A stretch of DNA of 32,000 nucleotides from Crocosphaera subtropica ATCC 51142. Lineage in GTDB: Bacteria; Cyanobacteriota; Cyanobacteriia; Cyanobacteriales; Microcystaceae. A program made the translations under genes and the position numbers. Shown here piece by piece: positions 27,187-32,000 of this stretch (positions are counted from its first letter, which is position 1; the number at the start of each line of letters is the position of its first letter). The DNA lies in assembly GCF_000017845.1 (NCBI RefSeq), contig NC_010546.1, forward strand, positions 900,001 through 932,000. Direction: 5' to 3'. The notes beneath the pieces are model-generated. The model ran no database searches. It was not told the origin of the DNA and was given only the letters and a program-made list of their open reading frames with translations.

Positions 27187-28461
27187 CTAAAACCGTTTTT
27201 TCGGGCGATAATTAGCCACTGATTCCACTAAACCCAAGGCGATAAAATTCGTTAATAAAGCCGATCGCCCGTAACTTAACCAAGGTAAAGGAATGCCTGT
27301 AATGGGTGCTAAACCAACCGTCATACAAATATTAACAATAACCTGAAAAGAAATCATTGATAACATTCCGATGGCTAATAATGAGCCAAAATTATCATTA
27401 GCTTGACAAGCAATAACCACTAAACGAAAACAAATCAACCAAAACGCCACCAAAACAGCGATCGCACCAATAAAGCCAAATTCTTCACCCACCGCCGAAA
27501 AAATGAAATCCGTATGTTGTTCAGGGATAAAGTTTAACTGGGTTTGAGTCCCTTCAAACAGTCCTCGTCCCCATAATTCACCGGAACCGATAGCAATACG
27601 AGATTGTATGAGTTGATAACCCCCACCCAAAGGATTTTTTTCCGGTTCTAAAAATAAGGTTAAACGGTCTTTTTGATAATCTTTTAGCAGTCCCCAAAAA
27701 ATACCACTAAGTTTCCCAGCCCCAAAATTCATGGCCATAGCGAGAATAGTAGACACAAAACGCAAGGGTAACGTCAACCAAGCCACTAACCCCATTAAAA
27801 TCGCCCAAACAATCCACCCAGGAAACAGTACATTGAATAAAATGGCAGAAACAATAGGAGACAGCATCAAAATTAACCATCCTGGAGACATATTCGCCCA
27901 ATACAGCATCCCCAACGTGATCGCCCCAAAGACTAAACCGGTTCCTAAGTCCGGTTGTAACATAATTAACACCCAAGGGACAGCAGTTACCCCGACAATT
28001 CGTAAGACTGACGGAATAGTTTGGGCATCCTTTTGATGTAACAGGGCTGCTAAAGTGATAATTAGTCCCACTTTGGCAAACTCCGACGGCTGAATATTAA
28101 ACCCTGCAATTTCGATCCAACTTTGCGCCCCGTTGGCTGCTACCCCAATGGCAATAACAGCAATGAGAGAGATATTGGTGATAGCATAGGTGATCCAGTG
28201 CCACTGCATTAAATTTTCATAGCGAAAACGGGCTAAAAATAAAGCGATCGCCACCCCTAACCCCCCAAATAGCCAATGTTGCCACCAGTCCACAGAGGTT
28301 TCGTGGAGTTCTGTACTACGAATCATCAGCCCCCCGATACTGGTTAGGCTCACCACCAAGATTAATAATAACCAATCAACTTGGGGCAAAGACGATAACC
28401 AGAGGGGAAGCGATCGCTTACGACTGCCTCGGTAATGGTATTTGCTAGCCCGTAACATCAT
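27187..28461 (-). CDS. rodA: SEDS-family peptidoglycan polymerase (FtsW/RodA/SpoVE), RodA-like
   Basis: 424 aa polytopic protein. QPSEFAK, LQPDLGT, LPE.HTDFIFS..GEE.GF.G, and PITGIPLP..SYG.S blocks. The choice of RodA over FtsW is a judgement call. Confidence 0.8.
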   Translation of the reverse strand: MMLRASKYHYRGSRKRSLPLWLSSLPQVDWLLLILVVSLTSIGGLMIRSTELHETSVDWWQHWLFGGLGVAIALFLARFRYENLMQWHWITYAITNISLIAVIAIGVAANGAQSWIEIAGFNIQPSEFAKVGLIITLAALLHQKDAQTIPSVLRIVGVTAVPWVLIMLQPDLGTGLVFGAITLGMLYWANMSPGWLILMLSPIVSAILFNVLFPGWIVWAILMGLVAWLTLPLRFVSTILAMAMNFGAGKLSGIFWGLLKDYQKDRLTLFLEPEKNPLGGGYQLIQSRIAIGSGELWGRGLFEGTQTQLNFIPEQHTDFIFSAVGEEFGFIGAIAVLVAFWLICFRLVVIACQANDNFGSLLAIGMLSMISFQVIVNICMTVGLAPITGIPLPWLSYGRSALLTNFIALGLVESVANYRPKKRF

Positions 28462-28637
28462 AATGGGGACAACTCCTCACAGAACTATCTAAACACAATT
28501 AGCCCTATTCGTTAAATTGAGCTTCGGGAGTAGGGAATTGAGCCAATTTCCTCTATTTGACATCTTAGGATTAAAGTCAAGGAAAAGACAAAAATCTTAA
28601 TCTTTCGATCACTTCTCACCTCATTAACGATCCAGAC

Positions 28638-29699
28638 CTAAGCTAAGGCCGCCACGGACACTTTAGCTGCAATATTTTGGGCGATGGCCGTTAAAGCTTG
28701 AGCGGAAGCCGACTCTGGGGCTGACATCACAATGGGAACCCCTTTATCTCCCCCTTCTCTCAGGGCAATCTCTAGGGGAATACAGCCCAGTAGAGGCACC
28801 TGTAACTCTTTGGAGGCTTTTTCACCTCCCCCTGAGCCAAACAAGTCATATTGGCGATCGGGTGCGTCTGGAGGGATAAAATAGCTCATATTCTCCACGA
28901 TACCCAACACCTTAACTCCCAACTGTTCAAACATTTTTAAACCACGACGGGCATCTAAAAGGGAAACGGTTTGAGGGGTAGTAACAATGACAGCACCCGC
29001 CATCGGTACGGCTTGGGTCATGGTTAATTGAGCATCTCCAGTGCCTGGGGGCATATCCACCACTAGATAATCTAAGTCTCCCCAGTTAACTTGATAGAGA
29101 AATTGGCGAATAATGCCATTAAGCATGGGTCCACGCCAGATGACCGGTTGATCGGGATCGATTAAAAAGCCCATTGATACCATTTTTACCCCATAGTTAA
29201 AGGCGGGTTGGAGAATGTCTCCTGCTTCATTTTTTTCGACTTGTACCTCCGTATTTTCCAGTCCTAACATGGTGGGGGCGTTGGGACCATAAATGTCAGC
29301 ATCCAATAAACCGACCTTTGCTCCAGTTTGAGCTAAAGCCACGGCAATATTGACGGCAACGGTACTTTTTCCCACCCCTCCTTTACCACTAGAAACCGCA
29401 ATGATATTTTTTGTTCCTGCTACGGACTGCTGGTTTGGGAGGGCTTTTTGTTGGGGCGTTTCTGCTGTTACCGCTATGTCGATGTTTTCTACTCCTGGCA
29501 AGGTTTGAACGGCTTTTTTACAGTCGTCTACAATAAATTCCCGTAACGGACAAGCCGGGGTGGTTAAAACTAGGGTAAAGCTAACGTTACCGCCGTCTAC
29601 GGCCACGTTACGGATCATATTGAGGTCTACTAAGCTTTTTTGTAGTTCCGGGTCTTGAACGGGTCTTAATACGTCTAAAATTGATTGAGTATCGAGCAT
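28638..29699 (-). CDS. apbC: Mrp/NBP35-family Fe-S cluster carrier ATPase
   Basis: 353 aa. N-terminal DUF59-like segment (DP....SLVDLNMI), deviant Walker A SGKGGVGKST, DMPPGTGD, and the CP-containing region. Confidence 0.9.
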   Translation of the reverse strand: MLDTQSILDVLRPVQDPELQKSLVDLNMIRNVAVDGGNVSFTLVLTTPACPLREFIVDDCKKAVQTLPGVENIDIAVTAETPQQKALPNQQSVAGTKNIIAVSSGKGGVGKSTVAVNIAVALAQTGAKVGLLDADIYGPNAPTMLGLENTEVQVEKNEAGDILQPAFNYGVKMVSMGFLIDPDQPVIWRGPMLNGIIRQFLYQVNWGDLDYLVVDMPPGTGDAQLTMTQAVPMAGAVIVTTPQTVSLLDARRGLKMFEQLGVKVLGIVENMSYFIPPDAPDRQYDLFGSGGGEKASKELQVPLLGCIPLEIALREGGDKGVPIVMSAPESASAQALTAIAQNIAAKVSVAALA

Positions 29700-29915
29700 T
29701 TTAAGTGATGGGTTCTCCTATTCAGCAGCCTTAGAGGTTGCTTCAATTGCTTATATCATCAATCTTAACGGTTTTTGGTTCACTTCTTTGAAGTAGCGGT
29801 GACGGTAACACGGATTAATATAATGTCGCCAGAATCACAACCCTTGGGTTTATAGGGGAGAAAATTCTAGCGACATCACTTGAAAAGGAATAACTGAGGG
29901 ATATGGGATTTTATT

Positions 29916-30851
29916 TTAAGTTCGCCAAATTTTTTCTAAGACTTTTGACGCTTGGATATCCCCTAAATTATAGGTGGAAGATTGAATCCCAATGAAGCGA
30001 TCATCATCGGGAGGAAGCCGTTTCTTAGCGTCGGTTTTGCCAAATAAACCCACCGTATAGGTTCCCACGGCCACCCCTAATTGTAACGGGGGACTATCGG
30101 TAGAGATCATTAAATTTGCCCCGGCAATCATGGCAGCTAATTTGCCAATATCTCCAGGTTTGGTCACCTTTAAATCAGAACAACTACTCAATAAAGGATT
30201 GATCCAAGCCTCATCTCCACTACCCTGTAATAACACAATGGATAATGAGGGCTGTTTTTCTTGAATTCTATTGATAATATTACTCCACTGAGGCACCGGA
30301 TAGGACTCACTTGCCCCTCCATAGATCAAGATATAACCACTTTCGTCGAGTAATAAGCGTTTTTGTTCAGCTTCGGCCCAAGGGATATCGTCTTTTGGTA
30401 AAGCTATTTTCAGAGAAGGACAAGGGGATTGAATTCCTAGTCCTTGCATCAAGTCATGGTACATCTGGGCTGTATACTGTTCTGTTTTTTGGGGAACAGG
30501 GTTAGAAATAAACCAAGAAGATTGACTTCCATAACCAACCGTCAAAGGAATGCCATTCAACCACAATAATAAGCTGATGCTCCAGCGTTTCTCTAAGGTT
30601 AAGGCTATATCATACTCACGATCGCGGATTATCCCTAATAAGTTTAAATAATCAGCTAATCCATTACGATCTTGATAGTCGAATAAGAGAACTTCGTGAA
30701 CCTGAGGACACACTCGATACGCAGCCTTTGCACGGGGTTCAACCAGGACATCAATAATAGCATTAGGATATTGAATTTTGAGGTCTTCTAGGGTCGGAAA
30801 AAATAAAATTTGTTCGCTTATCCCCCCAGGAACCAGGGCTAATATTCGCAT
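29916..30851 (-). CDS. Glycosyltransferase family 9 (heptosyltransferase-like) protein
   Basis: 311 aa. MRILALVPGGI..QILFFPTLEDLK..YP.A.IDVLVEP at the N-terminus and L.ISTDS.P..L..A.G...VGLFG near the C-terminus fit the GT9 pattern. Confidence 0.75.
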   Translation of the reverse strand: MRILALVPGGISEQILFFPTLEDLKIQYPNAIIDVLVEPRAKAAYRVCPQVHEVLLFDYQDRNGLADYLNLLGIIRDREYDIALTLEKRWSISLLLWLNGIPLTVGYGSQSSWFISNPVPQKTEQYTAQMYHDLMQGLGIQSPCPSLKIALPKDDIPWAEAEQKRLLLDESGYILIYGGASESYPVPQWSNIINRIQEKQPSLSIVLLQGSGDEAWINPLLSSCSDLKVTKPGDIGKLAAMIAGANLMISTDSPPLQLGVAVGTYTVGLFGKTDAKKRLPPDDDRFIGIQSSTYNLGDIQASKVLEKIWRT

Positions 30852-30979
30852 AGTTTCGATGTTTAAATGGGTAGAAAGTGGGCTTAGTTACAGCACATCA
30901 GCTTAATTTTAAGGGAAGAGTCCCGGAAATTGCTTTAATGTTCAGAATTAATTATGAACTACAGATAACGGGTCAGTGA

Positions 30980-31168
30980 TCACTGTTCTATCACTTCAAA
31001 GTCTGACTCCTCTAGAGATAATATAATTGATTCAGGTTGGTGATTAAGGGGATTTTGTTCTAATCTGACCAACCACCGTCCATTGCTTTCTTGAGCTTCG
31101 ATAAGCCCTTCCATTCCCCTAGCATAGTCAGGGTAAATGACACGCACGACCATTCCAATGCGGATCAT
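30980..31168 (-). CDS. Small hypothetical protein (62 aa)
   Basis: ORF only. MIRIGMVVRVIYPDY..G.EG.I suggests a small beta-barrel (KOW/SH3-like) protein. No family is assigned. Confidence 0.4.
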   Translation of the reverse strand: MIRIGMVVRVIYPDYARGMEGLIEAQESNGRWLVRLEQNPLNHQPESIILSLEESDFEVIEQ

Positions 31169-31407
31169 AATAATACGTTTCTTTACAAAAAAATAGGTAA
31201 ATTTAAAGTTAACTTTAGGTTAAGTTTAGATTAAAACAGAGAACTCTACAATAGAGATGTGGAAAAGAGAACAAAGAAGGAAAAATATACTCAGAAGCAA
31301 CAAATATAACTTTTTTTATTCCATTTGTCCTGATCATCGAAGTCAAGTCAGATGTTGACCCAAAGGCTAAACTTTAGCCAAGGCCAAGGTATCATAGGCA
31401 AGAAGGC

Positions 31408-32000
31408 ATGGTTTGTTCTGAAAAATTAGGATTTTTAATGACTCTTTTTGATACGTTTGAGCCTATGGCAGCGATCGCTACTACGCCCCAGGCTATCCAA
31501 TTATTACATCCTCTCTGTCATTCGTTCGAGGGAACCTTATATATTCCGAAGACTATCTCTTTAATCGATACAACCACCTGTCATTATCAAGGTTCTCTGA
31601 AAGCCCATTTAGCAACAATTTGGTCAAAAAATCAGGCTTTCGTTTTTTGTTTAGCTACTGGTGCGGTTATTCGTCTGATTGCTCCATTATTGAACAATAA
31701 AGCCTCTGATCCAGCTATTATTGTGATTGATCCTCTGGGTCAATACGTCATTAGCTTATGCAGTGGTCATCAAGGAGGAGCCGATCATTTAGCCCAACTC
31801 ATCGCCCATCATCTCGATGCTACCCCCATTATTACAGGTGCATCCCATAATCTTAATTTACCGGCAATTGATGTTTTAGGCTTACCGTTTGGTTGGCGTA
31901 AAGGACTCGGAAATTGGACAGGGGTAAGCCATGCGATCGCTTCTCAAAAAACAGTTCAAGTGATACAAGAAACGGGTTCTAAGCTTTGGCAAGAGAATTT
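31408..32000 (+). CDS. cbiG: Cobalt-precorrin-5A hydrolase CbiG (N-terminal part; runs off the window)
   Basis: My own translation gives ...FVFCLATGAVIRLIAPLLNNKASDPAIIVIDPLGQYVISLCSGHQGGADHLAQLIAHHLDATPIITGASH..., the CbiG N-terminal domain signature. Alternative in-frame ATGs lie at 31438 and 31465. The frame is open to the window end. Confidence 0.8.
   Translation, partial: MVCSEKLGFLMTLFDTFEPMAAIATTPQAIQLLHPLCHSFEGTLYIPKTISLIDTTTCHYQGSLKAHLATIWSKNQAFVFCLATGAVIRLIAPLLNNKASDPAIIVIDPLGQYVISLCSGHQGGADHLAQLIAHHLDATPIITGASHNLNLPAIDVLGLPFGWRKGLGNWTGVSHAIASQKTVQVIQETGSKLWQEN

Noticed and set aside
27707-28036. ORFs 27707-27976 (minus strand, other frame) and 27731-28036 (plus strand) inside the SEDS gene
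   Set aside because: The SEDS reading frame is continuous and motif-bearing over 424 aa. These are overlapping chance ORFs.
28472-28482. ACTCCTCACAG, a 10/11 match to the Yfr1 motif, on the plus strand
   Set aside because: It is simply the complement of the GAGGAG Shine-Dalgarno sequence located about 10 nt upstream of the rodA-like start codon on the minus strand.
30311-30505. 64-aa ORF antisense in the GT9 gene
   Set aside because: It is embedded and has no motif.

Overview
This is a chromosomal segment of an AT-rich cyanobacterium. That assignment is inferred from an apcE phycobilisome linker gene, many HIP1 octamers (GCGATCGC, e.g. 603-610, 1436-1443, 3996-4003, 4747-4754, 13092-13099, 14510-14517) and several small protein types I know mainly from cyanobacteria. 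No database search was possible, so every family call rests on motifs read by eye in the supplied translations. Most of the window is housekeeping: yebC, proA, carA, mraY, tlyA, a CDF transporter, apcE, tRNA-Arg(CCG), prs, a SEDS protein (rodA-like), mrp/apbC, a GT9 glycosyltransferase and the start of cbiG. The best candidate for an undescribed system lies at 9773-13029. An XRE-type HTH repressor and an ImmA/IrrE (HEIGH) metallopeptidase are translationally coupled. They are transcribed divergently from a two-gene operon of mutually paralogous, enzyme-domain-free coiled-coil proteins. The 175-bp divergent control region carries two exact copies of a 16-bp palindromic box, and a 110-bp MITE-like insertion sits at the distal end of the operon. 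Other accessory-looking pockets are: a 1143-aa serralysin-like, probably T1SS-secreted protein with an 888-bp in-frame tandem duplication; an overlapping pair of tiny genes (DUF6887/DUF6888-like); a 1.07-kb ORF-free stretch holding a nonsense-interrupted TPR gene remnant and a possible small RNA; and a start-less MazF/PemK-like toxin remnant beside a hairpin mini-element. No CRISPR array, rRNA, transposase or integrase was seen.
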